Shown: positions 26,244-42,104, counted from the first letter of the stretch. The stretch is 64,000 bases of DNA from Escherichia coli (GCF_050920415.1 NZ_CP169309.1), one strand, 5' to 3'. Notes: generated from the letters alone by a model not told the origin. Numbers and translations: made by a program.

Positions 26244-27215
26244 TTAACGATCGCGTTGAACAGCGATGTGCGCGAGGCCGATGAGTGCTTCTCGCCACGG
26301 GGTGTCCGGGAGCACCTGTAACGCTGCGATGGCTTTGTCTGCTTCTTCCTCGGCACGCTGACGCGTCCATTCAAGAGAGCCACAAGCGTTCATTGCTTCC
26401 AAAACCGGTTCCAGAAGATGACGACCGTTACCCTGTTCGATGGCGGTACGGATCATCTGCGCCTGTTCAGGTGTGCCATGATGCATCGCATGCAGCAGCG
26501 GCAGCGTTGGTTTACCTTCGTTCAGATCGTCGCCGACGTTTTTACCCAACTGTTCGCCATCGGCATTGTAATCGAGCAAATCGTCGATCAACTGGAAAGC
26601 GGTGCCGAGATAACGCCCATAATCTTGCAGGCCTTTCTCCTCCTCCGGCGAACAACCTGCCAGAATCCCGGAACACTGCGCGGCAGCCTCAAACAGACGC
26701 GCGGTCTTGCTGTAGATAACGCGCATGTAGTTTTCTTCGGTGATGTCCGGGTCGTTAACGTTCATCAGTTGCAGAACTTCACCTTCTGCGATGACGTTTA
26801 CGGCTTCAGACATCACTTCCAGCACTTTGAGCGAACCGAGGCTGGTCATCATCTGGAACGCGCGGGTATAAATAAAATCGCCTACCAGCACACTGGCAGC
26901 ATTGCCAAACGCAGCGTTGGCGGTAGCTTTACCCCTGCGCATATCTGATTCATCCACTACGTCGTCGTGTAGCAGAGTCGCCGTGTGGATAAATTCGATC
27001 AGGGCTGCAATGGTGACATGCGCATTTCCCTCATAGCCAACAGCTCGTGCAGCCAGTACAGCAATCATCGGACGAATACGTTTACCGCCGCCGCTGACGA
27101 TGTAATAGCCTAACTGATTGATCAGTTGGACGTCGGAATTAAGCTGCTCGAGAATTGCCGCATTAACACCCGCCATATCTTGCGCGGTTAACTCATTGAT
27201 TTTTTCTAAATTCAT
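26244..27215 (-). CDS. ispB: Octaprenyl diphosphate synthase
   Basis: 323-aa ORF with two Asp-rich motifs (LLHDDVVDESD and FQLIDDLLD). Confidence 0.96.
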   Translation of the reverse strand: MNLEKINELTAQDMAGVNAAILEQLNSDVQLINQLGYYIVSGGGKRIRPMIAVLAARAVGYEGNAHVTIAALIEFIHTATLLHDDVVDESDMRRGKATANAAFGNAASVLVGDFIYTRAFQMMTSLGSLKVLEVMSEAVNVIAEGEVLQLMNVNDPDITEENYMRVIYSKTARLFEAAAQCSGILAGCSPEEEKGLQDYGRYLGTAFQLIDDLLDYNADGEQLGKNVGDDLNEGKPTLPLLHAMHHGTPEQAQMIRTAIEQGNGRHLLEPVLEAMNACGSLEWTRQRAEEEADKAIAALQVLPDTPWREALIGLAHIAVQRDR

Positions 27216-27437
27216 CGCAAAAGCCGGGCTTTTCGCCCCGATTACCTTACTGTGAACAAAGGCAACTTAGGGTTTATGGTTAGGAATATAGGGTGATTGT
27301 ACTGAAAAAATGGCACAGATAAACGTTACCGTACAAGTTGTGTTTTTTTTCTTCGTGTATTGACTGTAGCACTTGTCAAAGGCGTGCGTTTTGCGTAATA
27401 TTCGCGCCCTATTGTGAATATTTATAGCGCACTCTGA

Positions 27438-28063
<626 letters not shown>

Positions 28064-28090
28064 GTTTTTCGCGTCCCGGTAACGGATGAA

Positions 28091-28119
28091 AGCCCCGCAA
28101 CACGTTGCGGGGCTTTTTA
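28091..28119 (+). terminator. Rho-independent terminator of rplU-rpmA
   Basis: agccccgcaac...gttgcggggct stem followed by TTTTT. Confidence 0.8.
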
Positions 28120-28189
28120 CATTCGATAACCGGTAAAAATTCGCATCGTGCGGCGTTAACTCGCAAATGCGTTTTGTAGGGAATACGGT

Positions 28190-29155
28190 ATGAAGCAGCA
28201 GGCAGGCATTGGCATTCTTTTGGCGCTCACTACCGCAATTTGCTGGGGTGCGTTGCCAATCGCAATGAAGCAGGTGCTGGAGGTGATGGAACCTCCGACA
28301 ATCGTGTTTTACCGTTTCTTGATGGCGAGTATTGGCCTTGGTGCCATTCTTGCGGTGAAGAAGAGGTTGCCGCCATTACGCGTGTTTCGTAAGCCACGCT
28401 GGTTGATTTTGTTGGCAGTGGCGACCGCCGGGCTGTTTGGGAACTTCATCCTGTTCAGCTCATCCTTGCAATACCTGAGTCCGACCGCTTCGCAGGTGAT
28501 TGGGCAACTCTCGCCAGTTGGCATGATGGTTGCCAGCGTATTTATCCTGAAAGAGAAAATGCGCAGCACCCAGGTAGTGGGGGCATTGATGCTCCTGAGC
28601 GGCCTGGTGATGTTTTTTAACACCAGTCTGGTTGAGATATTTACAAAGCTCACCGATTACACCTGGGGAGTTATTTTTGGGGTCGGTGCGGCGACGGTTT
28701 GGGTGAGTTATGGCGTAGCGCAGAAGGTTTTATTGCGTCGGCTGGCCTCACCGCAGATCCTGTTTTTGCTGTACACTTTATGTACAATTGCGCTCTTCCC
28801 TCTGGCAAATCCTGGAGTGATAGCGCAGCTTAGCCACTGGCAGCTCGCATGTTTAATTTTTTGCGGACTGAATACATTGGTAGGATATGGCGCCCTGGCG
28901 GAAGCGATGGCTCGCTGGCAGGCAGCGCAGGTGAGCGCGATCATCACGCTCACCCCACTGTTTACGCTGTTTTTTTCAGATCTTTTATCACTGGCCTGGC
29001 CCGATTTCTTCGCCAGACCGATGTTAAACCTTTTAGGTTATCTCGGTGCGTTTGTCGTGGTTGCGGGCGCGATGTATTCCGCCATTGGTCATCGTATTTG
29101 GGGCGGATTACGTAAGCATACAACGGTGGTATCGCAACCCCGCGCAGGCGAATGA
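28190..29155 (+). CDS. yhbE: EamA/DMT-family inner membrane transporter YhbE
   Basis: 321-aa polytopic membrane ORF with 10-TM EamA-like architecture. Confidence 0.92.
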   Translation: MKQQAGIGILLALTTAICWGALPIAMKQVLEVMEPPTIVFYRFLMASIGLGAILAVKKRLPPLRVFRKPRWLILLAVATAGLFGNFILFSSSLQYLSPTASQVIGQLSPVGMMVASVFILKEKMRSTQVVGALMLLSGLVMFFNTSLVEIFTKLTDYTWGVIFGVGAATVWVSYGVAQKVLLRRLASPQILFLLYTLCTIALFPLANPGVIAQLSHWQLACLIFCGLNTLVGYGALAEAMARWQAAQVSAIITLTPLFTLFFSDLLSLAWPDFFARPMLNLLGYLGAFVVVAGAMYSAIGHRIWGGLRKHTTVVSQPRAGE

Positions 29156-30343
<1,188 letters not shown>

Positions 30344-30349
30344 TCAGCT

Positions 30350-30379
30350 AAACCCCGGCCATGTGCCGGGGTTTCTCTT
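30350..30379. terminator. Hairpin between convergent obgE and dacB; probable bidirectional terminator
   Basis: aaccccggc-catgt-gccggggtt followed by tctcttt. Confidence 0.65.
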
Positions 30380-30383
30380 TAGA

Positions 30384-31817
30384 CTAATTATTCTGATAAA
30401 TATCTTTATACAAACGGCTTTCAAAACGCACTAACGGAATGCGGCGATTACGCTGAGCCGCGGGTTCTACCGCATAGCCAGAAAGATATTGTACAAACGC
30501 CATTCGTTGCCCGCTCGCTGTGGTAATGAATCCCGCCAGGTTATATACCCCCTGCAAAGAACCGGTTTTTGCTGAGACCTTTCCGTCCACGCCAGCCTGA
30601 TGCAGGCCCGCACGGTACTGCAAAGAGCCGTCATAGCCTGCCAGCGGCAGCATAGAGATAAAGTTAAGTTCATTGTCATGTTGGGCAATGTATTGCAGCA
30701 CCTGCATCATGGTGGCAGGTGCAATCAGGTTATGCCGCGAAAGCCCTGAACCATCGGCAATAATCGTGTTACCAATATCGATACCAGCTTGCTGACGCAG
30801 GATCTGACGTACGGCATCCGATCCGGCCCGCCATGTTCCGGGCACATTGAAGCGCGCATGGCCTATCATGCGGAAAACCGTATCGGCAATCATGTTGTCT
30901 GACTTTTTCAGCATAATCTTAAGCAGATCGTGCAACGGGGCCGACTGTTTACTGGCAACTACCGTTCCGGGTTCATTAACCTGAGTCTGGCGCAGTAGTG
31001 TTCCGCTCCAGGTGATACCTGCCTGTTTTAACTCATCTTTCAGAATTGCACCGGCATAGCTGGCTCCATCCTGTATGGCAAAAGCCAACGGGAGCGGCTC
31101 AGAACGTTGTGGCAGGCATCCGGTCAGCGTAAAGCGGTTCAGGTCGCCTGGCACCACATCCAGCTCGCAATATTGCGCTTCGGCAGAACCACGGGGGAGG
31201 GTGCGTACCTGGCTGAACATCGTAACAGGGTAATAAGATGCCACGCGTATAAAGGCCATATCACCGGGTTTTTGGGCACTGTAGAGCGAGACGGAGAAAC
31301 AGTTGCGGTCAACTATGGCGGCGGCAGGCGGAGCGCTAAAGCATTGTGTCATGTCATTCCACGGCCAGCCGGGGGCTTTATCGTGGCTGGCAAAAATGGA
31401 GGTGTCTATCAACACATTACCATCAATTTGGTTGACGCCAGATTTTTTCAAAGTCGTGACCATATTGCGAATATCCTGACGTTTTAACGTCGGATCGGCA
31501 CCAAATCGCGCCACTAAGTCACCCTTGAGTACGCCGTTTTCCACATTGCCTTTGGTTTCAAGCGTAGTGGTAAAACGAAAATCGGGGCCGAGTTGAATCA
31601 ACGCCGCCAGCGCAGTAATCACTTTCTGCGTACTCGCGGGCAACGCCATCTGCTGGCTGTGGTAATCAATAGCGGGGGCCGACGCGCCGACTTTTTGCAC
31701 CATCAGGGCAAGGTTGGCACCAGCGGGAAGTTGAGTAATGTACTCATCAACATTTGCGGCCTGAACACTGAACGCTATACAGCTGGTCAATCCGATGATA
31801 AATCTGGAAAATCGCAT
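30384..31817 (-). CDS. dacB: D-alanyl-D-alanine carboxypeptidase/endopeptidase PBP4
   Basis: 477-aa ORF with signal peptide, SxxK (STQK) and SxN motifs. Confidence 0.96.
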   Translation of the reverse strand: MRFSRFIIGLTSCIAFSVQAANVDEYITQLPAGANLALMVQKVGASAPAIDYHSQQMALPASTQKVITALAALIQLGPDFRFTTTLETKGNVENGVLKGDLVARFGADPTLKRQDIRNMVTTLKKSGVNQIDGNVLIDTSIFASHDKAPGWPWNDMTQCFSAPPAAAIVDRNCFSVSLYSAQKPGDMAFIRVASYYPVTMFSQVRTLPRGSAEAQYCELDVVPGDLNRFTLTGCLPQRSEPLPLAFAIQDGASYAGAILKDELKQAGITWSGTLLRQTQVNEPGTVVASKQSAPLHDLLKIMLKKSDNMIADTVFRMIGHARFNVPGTWRAGSDAVRQILRQQAGIDIGNTIIADGSGLSRHNLIAPATMMQVLQYIAQHDNELNFISMLPLAGYDGSLQYRAGLHQAGVDGKVSAKTGSLQGVYNLAGFITTASGQRMAFVQYLSGYAVEPAAQRNRRIPLVRFESRLYKDIYQNN

Positions 31818-31893
31818 AATCTCGCGCTAACAACCTGGAATCGAGCCGTCATACTACGGCGCAACGCCCTATAAAGTAAACGATGACCCTTCG

Positions 31894-31921
31894 GGAACTT
31901 CAGGGTAAAATGACTATCAAA
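31894..31921 (+). promoter_or_regulatory. Candidate sigma-E promoter of greA
   Basis: GGAACTT-N16-TCAAA matches the sigma-E consensus, ~140 bp upstream of greA. Confidence 0.5.
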
Positions 31922-31936
31922 ATGTGAATTGTAGCT

Positions 31937-31971
31937 GACCTGGGACTTGTACCCGGGTCGGTATTTTTTTG
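31937..31971 (+). ncRNA. graL: greA leader hairpin and terminator (GraL sRNA region)
   Basis: gacctggg...acccgggtc stem followed by ggtattttttt within the greA 5' leader; consistent with the described GraL leader transcripts. Confidence 0.5.
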
Positions 31972-32064
31972 CTTCTGGTCCCGGTGAGGAGTTATGCCGG
32001 GCAGGCCGAACAGCTGGGGTGGGTGGAGACTCGCCCCATCAGGAATATTCAAGAGGTATAACAA

Positions 32065-32541
<477 letters not shown>

Positions 32542-32585
32542 GAATTACCCAATACTCAAGATGTTGATGTATTGTAAAGAAAGGA

Positions 32586-32610
32586 AAAAGGCCGCTATGC
32601 GGCCTTTTAT
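32586..32610. terminator. Bidirectional rho-independent terminator between greA and yhbY
   Basis: aaaaaggccgc-tat-gcggccttttt: symmetric A-run/stem/T-run. Confidence 0.8.
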
Positions 32611-32696
32611 CAACGAACAGAGCGTGGCATTTTGCTCTCCTGCCTGCGGAAAACCCCTCGTTTTACACAGCAAATGTGTGTAACTTTAGGATAATC

Positions 32697-32990
32697 TTAG
32701 CGCGGCAGCGAGATTTTACGTTCTTTAGTTGGGCGATAAAGCACCAGCGTTTTACCGATGACCTGTACATTACAGGCGCCGGTTTCGCGCACGATAGCTT
32801 CCACGATCAAGGTTTTAGTTTCGCGATCTTCGGTGGCGATTTTCACCTTGATGAGTTCATGGTGCTCTAACGCTTGTTCAATCTCGGCCAGTACCCCTTC
32901 GGTCAAACCATTACTGCCAAGCAGAACAACTGGCTTGAGCGGATGTGCCAGACCTTTCAGGTGCTGTTTTTGTTTAGTACTCAGATTCAT
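32697..32990 (-). CDS. yhbY: Ribosome assembly RNA-binding protein YhbY (CRS1/YhbY domain)
   Basis: 97-aa ORF (MNLSTKQKQHLKGLAHPLKPVVLLGSNGLTEG...). Confidence 0.94.
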   Translation of the reverse strand: MNLSTKQKQHLKGLAHPLKPVVLLGSNGLTEGVLAEIEQALEHHELIKVKIATEDRETKTLIVEAIVRETGACNVQVIGKTLVLYRPTKERKISLPR

Positions 32991-33079
32991 CGTATTTTTT
33001 GCTTACGTTGGGATTGAAAACGGGTCATTCTACCGCCATCTCCCATATATCACCAAATAGGCGCGTAAAAATTTACGCA

Positions 33080-33110
33080 ATTGGTTACGATGAGTTATCC
33101 CCATGGGAAA
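33080..33110 (+). promoter_or_regulatory. Candidate heat-shock (sigma-32) promoter of rlmE-ftsH
   Basis: CCCCATGG -10-like element ~20 bp upstream of rlmE; the -35 match is weak; the operon is known to be heat-shock regulated. Confidence 0.35.
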
Positions 33111-33115
33111 GTTAA

Positions 33116-33745
33116 ATGACAGGTAAGAAGCGTTCTGCCAGCTCCAGCCGCTGGCTTCAGGAACACTTTAGCGATAAATATGTTCAACAGGCACAGAAAA
33201 AGGGGTTACGTTCCCGTGCCTGGTTTAAACTTGATGAAATACAGCAAAGTGACAAACTCTTTAAACCGGGAATGACGGTTGTCGACCTTGGTGCTGCTCC
33301 GGGTGGTTGGTCACAATATGTGGTCACCCAAATTGGCGGCAAAGGCCGCATCATCGCTTGCGATCTTTTACCTATGGATCCTATCGTTGGTGTGGACTTT
33401 CTTCAGGGCGATTTTCGTGATGAACTGGTGATGAAAGCACTGCTGGAGCGCGTTGGCGACAGCAAAGTCCAGGTTGTCATGTCCGATATGGCACCAAACA
33501 TGAGCGGAACACCGGCGGTGGATATCCCCCGTGCCATGTATCTGGTGGAACTGGCGTTAGAAATGTGTCGTGATGTATTAGCGCCAGGTGGCAGTTTTGT
33601 AGTGAAGGTGTTCCAGGGCGAAGGTTTCGATGAGTATCTAAGGGAAATTCGCTCCCTGTTTACGAAGGTCAAAGTTCGTAAGCCGGACTCTTCTCGTGCA
33701 CGTTCGCGGGAAGTGTATATTGTAGCGACCGGGCGTAAACCCTAA
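33116..33745 (+). CDS. rlmE: 23S rRNA (uridine2552-2'-O)-methyltransferase RlmE (FtsJ/RrmJ)
   Basis: 209-aa ORF with SAM-binding motif [13 protein letters not shown]. Confidence 0.96.
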
Positions 33746-33844
33746 CCGGGAGATTTCAGACGAAAGTTTGAAAGATGCTGGATATAGAGTATCCTGACGC
33801 TGTTTTTAACACAGTTGTAATAAGAGGTTAATCCCTTGAGTGAC

Positions 33845-35779
33845 ATGGCGAAAAACCTAATACTCTGGCTGGTCATTGCCGTTGTGCTGATGTCAGTATT
33901 CCAGAGCTTTGGGCCCAGCGAGTCTAATGGCCGTAAGGTGGATTACTCTACCTTCCTACAAGAGGTCAATAACGACCAGGTTCGTGAAGCGCGTATCAAC
34001 GGACGTGAAATCAACGTTACCAAGAAAGATAGTAACCGTTATACCACTTACATTCCGGTTCAGGATCCGAAATTACTGGATAACCTGTTGACCAAGAACG
34101 TCAAGGTTGTCGGTGAACCGCCTGAAGAACCAAGCCTGCTGGCTTCTATCTTCATCTCCTGGTTCCCGATGCTGTTGCTGATTGGTGTCTGGATCTTCTT
34201 CATGCGTCAAATGCAGGGCGGCGGTGGCAAAGGTGCCATGTCGTTCGGTAAGAGCAAAGCGCGCATGCTGACGGAAGATCAGATCAAAACGACCTTTGCT
34301 GACGTTGCGGGCTGCGACGAAGCAAAAGAAGAAGTTGCTGAACTGGTTGAGTATCTGCGCGAGCCGAGCCGCTTCCAGAAACTCGGCGGTAAGATCCCGA
34401 AAGGCGTCCTGATGGTCGGTCCTCCGGGTACCGGTAAAACGCTGCTGGCGAAAGCGATTGCAGGCGAAGCGAAAGTTCCGTTCTTTACTATCTCCGGTTC
34501 TGACTTCGTAGAAATGTTCGTCGGTGTGGGTGCATCCCGTGTTCGTGACATGTTCGAACAGGCGAAGAAAGCGGCTCCGTGCATCATCTTTATCGATGAA
34601 ATCGACGCCGTAGGCCGCCAGCGTGGCGCAGGTCTGGGCGGTGGTCACGATGAACGTGAACAGACTCTGAACCAGATGCTGGTTGAGATGGATGGCTTCG
34701 AAGGTAACGAAGGTATCATCGTTATCGCTGCGACTAACCGTCCGGACGTTCTCGACCCGGCGCTGCTGCGTCCTGGCCGTTTCGACCGTCAGGTTGTGGT
34801 TGGCTTGCCAGATGTTCGCGGCCGTGAGCAGATTCTGAAAGTTCACATGCGTCGCGTACCATTGGCACCCGATATCGACGCGGCAATCATTGCCCGTGGT
34901 ACTCCTGGTTTCTCCGGTGCTGACCTGGCGAACCTGGTGAACGAAGCGGCACTGTTCGCTGCTCGTGGCAACAAACGTGTTGTGTCGATGGTTGAGTTCG
35001 AGAAAGCGAAAGACAAAATCATGATGGGTGCGGAACGTCGCTCCATGGTGATGACGGAAGCGCAAAAAGAATCGACTGCTTACCACGAAGCAGGTCACGC
35101 GATTATCGGTCGCCTGGTGCCGGAACACGATCCGGTGCACAAAGTAACGATTATCCCGCGCGGTCGTGCGCTGGGTGTGACCTTCTTCTTGCCTGAGGGC
35201 GACGCAATCAGCGCCAGCCGTCAGAAACTGGAAAGCCAGATTTCTACGCTGTACGGCGGTCGTCTGGCTGAAGAGATCATCTACGGGCCGGAACATGTTT
35301 CTACCGGGGCGTCCAACGATATTAAAGTTGCGACCAACCTGGCGCGTAACATGGTTACCCAGTGGGGCTTCTCTGAGAAACTCGGTCCGCTGCTGTATGC
35401 GGAAGAAGAAGGTGAAGTGTTCCTCGGTCGTAGCGTAGCGAAAGCGAAACATATGTCCGATGAAACGGCACGCATCATCGACCAGGAAGTGAAAGCACTG
35501 ATCGAGCGTAACTATAATCGTGCGCGTCAGCTTCTGACCGACAACATGGATATTCTGCATGCGATGAAAGATGCTCTCATGAAATATGAGACTATCGACG
35601 CACCGCAGATTGATGACCTGATGGCACGTCGCGATGTACGTCCGCCAGCGGGCTGGGAAGAACCAGGCGCTTCTAACAATTCTGGCGACAATGGTAGTCC
35701 AAAGGCTCCGCGTCCGGTTGATGAACCGCGTACGCCGAACCCGGGTAACACCATGTCAGAGCAGTTAGGCGACAAGTAA
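33845..35779 (+). CDS. ftsH: ATP-dependent zinc metalloprotease FtsH
   Basis: ATG at 33845 ([16 protein letters not shown]...) gives 644 aa; AAA Walker [12 protein letters not shown], and zinc motif HEAGH. Confidence 0.97.
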
Positions 35780-35810
35780 GTTCCCGCATTAGATGACTGT
35801 ATTTGTACTG

Positions 35811-35840
35811 AAAACCCCGGGGCGTGCTCCGGGGTTTTTT
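35811..35840 (+). terminator. Rho-independent terminator downstream of ftsH
   Basis: aaaaccccggggcgtgctccggggtttttt. Confidence 0.8.
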
Positions 35841-35868
35841 CTTATCAATTCATACCAGGGATAACATC

Positions 35869-36717
35869 ATGAAACTCTTTGCCCAGGGCACTTCACTGGA
35901 CCTTAGCCATCCTCACGTAATGGGGATCCTCAACGTTACGCCTGATTCCTTTTCGGATGGCGGCACGCATAACTCGCTGATAGATGCGGTGAAACATGCG
36001 AATCTGATGATTAACGCTGGCGCGACGATCATTGACGTTGGTGGCGAGTCCACGCGCCCAGGGGCGGCGGAAGTTAGCGTTGAAGAAGAGTTGCAACGTG
36101 TTATTCCTGTGGTTGAGGCAATTGCTCAACGCTTCGAAGTCTGGATCTCGGTAGATACTTCCAAACCAGAAGTCATCCGTGAGTCAGCGAAAGTTGGTGC
36201 TCACATTATTAACGATATTCGCTCCCTTTCCGAACCTGGCGCTCTGGAAGCTGCTGCAGAAACCGGTTTGCCAGTTTGCCTGATGCATATGCAGGGAAAT
36301 CCAAAAACCATGCAGGAAGCCCCGAAGTATGACGATGTCTTTGCGGAAGTGAATCGCTACTTTATTGAGCAAATAGCACGTTGCGAGCAGGCGGGTATCG
36401 CAAAAGAGAAATTGTTGCTCGACCCCGGATTCGGTTTCGGTAAAAATCTCTCCCATAACTATTCATTACTGGCGCGCCTGGCTGAATTTCACCATTTCAA
36501 CCTGCCGCTGTTGGTGGGTATGTCACGAAAATCGATGATTGGGCAATTGCTGAACGTGGGGCCGTCCGAGCGCCTGAGCGGTAGTTTGGCCTGTGCGGTC
36601 ATTGCCGCAATGCAAGGTGCGCACATCATTCGTGTTCATGACGTCAAAGAAACCGTAGAAGCGATGCGGGTGGTGGAAGCCACTCTGTCTGCAAAGGAAA
36701 ACAAACGCTATGAGTAA
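35869..36717 (+). CDS. folP: Dihydropteroate synthase
   Basis: ATG at 35869 ([32 protein letters not shown]...) gives 282 aa; the track ORF starts upstream inside the ftsH terminator. Confidence 0.95.
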
Positions 36718-38047
36718 TCGTAAATATTTCGGTACCGATGGGATTCGTGGTCGTGTAGGGGATGCGCCGATCACCCCTGATTTTGTACTTAAGTTGGGTT
36801 GGGCCGCCGGTAAAGTGCTGGCGCGCCACGGCTCGCGTAAGATCATTATTGGTAAAGACACGCGTATTTCTGGCTATATGCTGGAGTCAGCACTGGAAGC
36901 GGGTCTGGCGGCTGCGGGCCTTTCCGCACTCTTTACAGGCCCGATGCCTACACCTGCCGTGGCTTATCTGACGCGTACCTTCCGCGCAGAGGCCGGGATT
37001 GTAATTTCTGCATCGCATAACCCATTCTACGATAACGGCATTAAATTCTTTTCTATTGACGGTACTAAGCTGCCGGATGCAGTTGAAGAAGCCATCGAAG
37101 CGGAAATGGAAAAAGAGATCAGCTGTGTTGATTCGGCAGAACTGGGTAAAGCCAGCCGTATCGTTGATGCTGCGGGTCGCTATATCGAGTTTTGCAAAGC
37201 CACGTTCCCGAACGAACTTAGCCTCAGTGAACTGAAGATTGTGGTGGATTGCGCAAATGGCGCGACTTATCACATCGCGCCGAACGTGCTGCGTGAATTG
37301 GGGGCGAACGTTATCGCTATCGGTTGTGAGCCGAACGGCGTAAACATCAATGCCGAAGTGGGGGCAACTGATGTTCGTGCGTTACAGGCGCGCGTACTGG
37401 CTGAAAAAGCAGATCTTGGTATCGCCTTTGACGGTGACGGCGACCGTGTGATTATGGTTGACCATGAAGGCAATAAAGTCGATGGCGACCAGATTATGTA
37501 TATCATCGCGCGCGAAGGTCTGCGTCAGGGCCAACTGCGTGGTGGCGCGGTGGGTACATTGATGAGCAACATGGGGCTGGAACTGGCGCTGAAACAGTTA
37601 GGAATTCCATTTGCGCGCGCGAAAGTGGGTGACCGCTACGTACTGGAAAAAATGCAGGAGAAAGGCTGGCGTATCGGTGCAGAGAACTCTGGTCATGTGA
37701 TCCTGCTGGATAAAACCACAACCGGTGACGGCATCGTTGCTGGTTTGCAGGTGCTGGCGGCGATGGCGCGTAACCATATGAGCCTGCACGATCTTTGCAG
37801 CGGCATGAAAATGTTCCCGCAGATTCTGGTTAACGTGCGTTACACCGCAGGTAGTGGCGATCCGCTGGAGCATGAATCAGTCAAAGCCGTGACCGCAGAA
37901 GTTGAAGCGGCGCTGGGCAGCCGCGGACGTGTGCTGTTGCGTAAATCCGGCACCGAGCCATTAATTCGCGTGATGGTGGAAGGCGAAGACGAAGCGCAGG
38001 TGACTGAATTTGCACACCGCATCGCTGATGCAGTAAAAGCCGTTTAA
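36710..38047 (+). CDS. glmM: Phosphoglucosamine mutase
   Basis: 445-aa ORF with active-site SASHNP motif; overlaps the folP 3' end by 8 nt. Confidence 0.97.
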   Translation: MSNRKYFGTDGIRGRVGDAPITPDFVLKLGWAAGKVLARHGSRKIIIGKDTRISGYMLESALEAGLAAAGLSALFTGPMPTPAVAYLTRTFRAEAGIVISASHNPFYDNGIKFFSIDGTKLPDAVEEAIEAEMEKEISCVDSAELGKASRIVDAAGRYIEFCKATFPNELSLSELKIVVDCANGATYHIAPNVLRELGANVIAIGCEPNGVNINAEVGATDVRALQARVLAEKADLGIAFDGDGDRVIMVDHEGNKVDGDQIMYIIAREGLRQGQLRGGAVGTLMSNMGLELALKQLGIPFARAKVGDRYVLEKMQEKGWRIGAENSGHVILLDKTTTGDGIVAGLQVLAAMARNHMSLHDLCSGMKMFPQILVNVRYTAGSGDPLEHESVKAVTAEVEAALGSRGRVLLRKSGTEPLIRVMVEGEDEAQVTEFAHRIADAVKAV

Positions 38048-38274
38048 AACAGTAGAAGGCTGGCTAAAAAGGCGGCGATTGTCGCCTTTTTTCTCAGCGA
38101 ACACATCGGTTTTGCTGTTTTTTTCCGCAGTTGATACAATGCGATAAAATTGCCCTTGCGAAGGTCATTCGCTTTGGTTAGTATTCACACCCGCTTCAGT
38201 GGGAAAGATTAAAAACTCCCGCTTTATTGGTTGAAGCATTGGTACGCGGCAACTCCGCAAGGAACAGGTTGATT

Positions 38275-38607
38275 ATGTACGAAGCTCTTTTAGTAGTTTT
38301 CCTTATTGTGGCAATTGGCCTTGTTGGTCTGATCATGCTGCAGCAAGGTAAAGGCGCTGATATGGGAGCCTCCTTCGGAGCAGGCGCTTCCGCTACGCTG
38401 TTTGGTTCAAGTGGTTCTGGTAACTTCATGACCCGCATGACGGCGCTGCTGGCAACGTTATTCTTCATCATCAGTCTGGTGCTGGGTAACATCAATAGCA
38501 ACAAAACCAATAAAGGTAGTGAATGGGAAAACCTGAGTGCGCCGGCCAAAACCGAACAAACTCAGCCAGCTGCTCCGGCTAAGCCGACCAGCGATATCCC
38601 GAACTAA
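38275..38607 (+). CDS. secG: Protein translocase subunit SecG
   Basis: ATG at 38275 (MYEALLVVFLIVAIGLVGLIMLQQGKGADMG...) gives 110 aa. Confidence 0.95.
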   Translation: MYEALLVVFLIVAIGLVGLIMLQQGKGADMGASFGAGASATLFGSSGSGNFMTRMTALLATLFFIISLVLGNINSNKTNKGSEWENLSAPAKTEQTQPAAPAKPTSDIPN

Positions 38608-38621
38608 AAAGTAGTATCCGT

Positions 38622-38708
38622 GCCGAGGTGGTGGAATTGGTAGACACGCTACCTTGAGGTGGTAGTGCCCAATAGGGCTTACGGGTTCAAGTCCCGTCCT
38701 CGGTACCA
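38622..38708 (+). tRNA. leuU: tRNA-Leu (anticodon GAG)
   Basis: 87-nt GCCGAGGUGGUGGAAUUGGUAGACACGCUACCUUGAGGUGG...GGUACCA with long variable arm and encoded CCA; 14 nt after the secG stop. Confidence 0.95.
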
Positions 38709-38721
38709 AATTCCAGAAAAG

Positions 38722-38746
38722 AGACGCTGAAAAGCGTCTTTTTTCG
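38722..38746 (+). terminator. Rho-independent terminator of secG-leuU
   Basis: agacgct-gaaa-agcgtct followed by TTTTTT. Confidence 0.85.
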
Positions 38747-39164
38747 TTTTGGTCCTGGTCTGAGGAATGGTTGTCAGGTATCTGTATCTCGTCCAGTTGC
38801 TTTACTCGTAGCTGGTTCTTTGAAACGATGGTGCCGGTACGCCTTAGTTATAAACTTTTCCCTACTGCTGACATAATTGGCACTTTATTGTGTCAACTCC
38901 AGTTCCGGTACGAATACGGATATGTTTACTTCTCGATAAACCATCCTGCTCCTGTCAGTATAACTACTGATGGCTACGTTCTGCGTAATGTTTAGAGACG
39001 CATTGATAATGTTATTTAATTACTGAGAACAATGGCCGCATCATTTAAAAAGAAAAAACTAACAGTGTTTCGGTCTGATATGGATCAGCGTTGAAAAACA
39101 TGTCTGATATAAAATTGAACATTGTTGATAATTGTTTATATTGGTTGTGAACTTGGATTTCTGG

Positions 39165-40037
39165 ATGACAGTATTCAACAAATTTGTTAGAAGTTTTAAA
39201 TCTCATTGGTTGTTGTATCTTTGTGTTATTGTTTTTGGTATTACGAACTTAGTCGCCTCTTCCGGAGCGCATATGGTTCAGCGATTGCTGTTCTTCGTTC
39301 TGACCATCCTGGTTGTTAAACGTATATCATCCCTTCCGCTTCGCCTGCTTGTTGCCGCATCATTTGTGTTACTGACAGCGGCAGACATGAGTATTAGCCT
39401 CTATTCATGGTGTACCTTTGGTACAACTTTCAATGATGGATTTGCGATTAGTGTGCTGCAGAGTGATCCGGATGAAGTTGTCAAAATGCTGGGGATGTAT
39501 ATCCCTTATCTATGTGCTTTTGCCTTTTTATCCCTTCTTTTTTTGGCAGTAATAATAAAATATGATGTTTCCTTGCCGACGAAAAAAGTGACAGGAATAT
39601 TATTGCTGATTGTCATTTCGGGCAGTTTATTTTCCGCTTGTCAATTTGCTTATAAAGATGCAAAAAATAAAAAAGCGTTCAGTCCATATATACTAGCGTC
39701 GCGATTTGCTACCTATACACCGTTTTTCAATCTCAATTATTTTGCTTTAGCAGCGAAAGAGCATCAAAGATTACTCTCAATTGCAAACACGGTGCCGAAT
39801 TTTCAATTATCAGTCAGGGATACAGGTATTGATACCTACGTGTTGATTGTGGGGGAGTCTGTACGTGTCGACAATATGTCTTTGTATGGATATACACGCT
39901 CTACGACACCGCAAGTCGAAGCACAAAGAAAACAGATCAAACTGTTTAATCAAGCAATAAGCGGTGCACCTTACACTGCGCTGTCGGTTCCCCTTTCTTT
40001 AACTGCTGATTCTGTTTTGAGTCATGACATTCATAAT
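39165..40037 (+). pseudogene. yhbX: yhbX, 5' fragment (putative phosphoethanolamine transferase / sulfatase-family inner membrane protein), interrupted by IS insertion
   Basis: AT-rich ORF with N-terminal TM helices; reading frame runs into the IS left end and stops at 40052; joining 40037 to 42166 after removing the IS and one repeat copy restores a continuous frame (...SHDIHN/YPDNIINMANQAGF...). Confidence 0.85.
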
Positions 40038-40138
40038 TGTCAGCGCCAATGATATAAGACAGTAATTCACCATTTGGATTGTCCGCTCCACCCAACATGT
40101 TGTTTCCTTAAGGTTCCTACACCACAAAGGGAACACTC

Positions 40139-42104
<1,966 letters not shown>

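Noticed and set aside
38870-38890. Sigma-54-like motif (TGGCAC-N5-TGTGT) upstream of yhbX
   Set aside because: The -12 element does not match TTGCW and there is no nearby enhancer-binding-protein site or gene; treated as a chance match.
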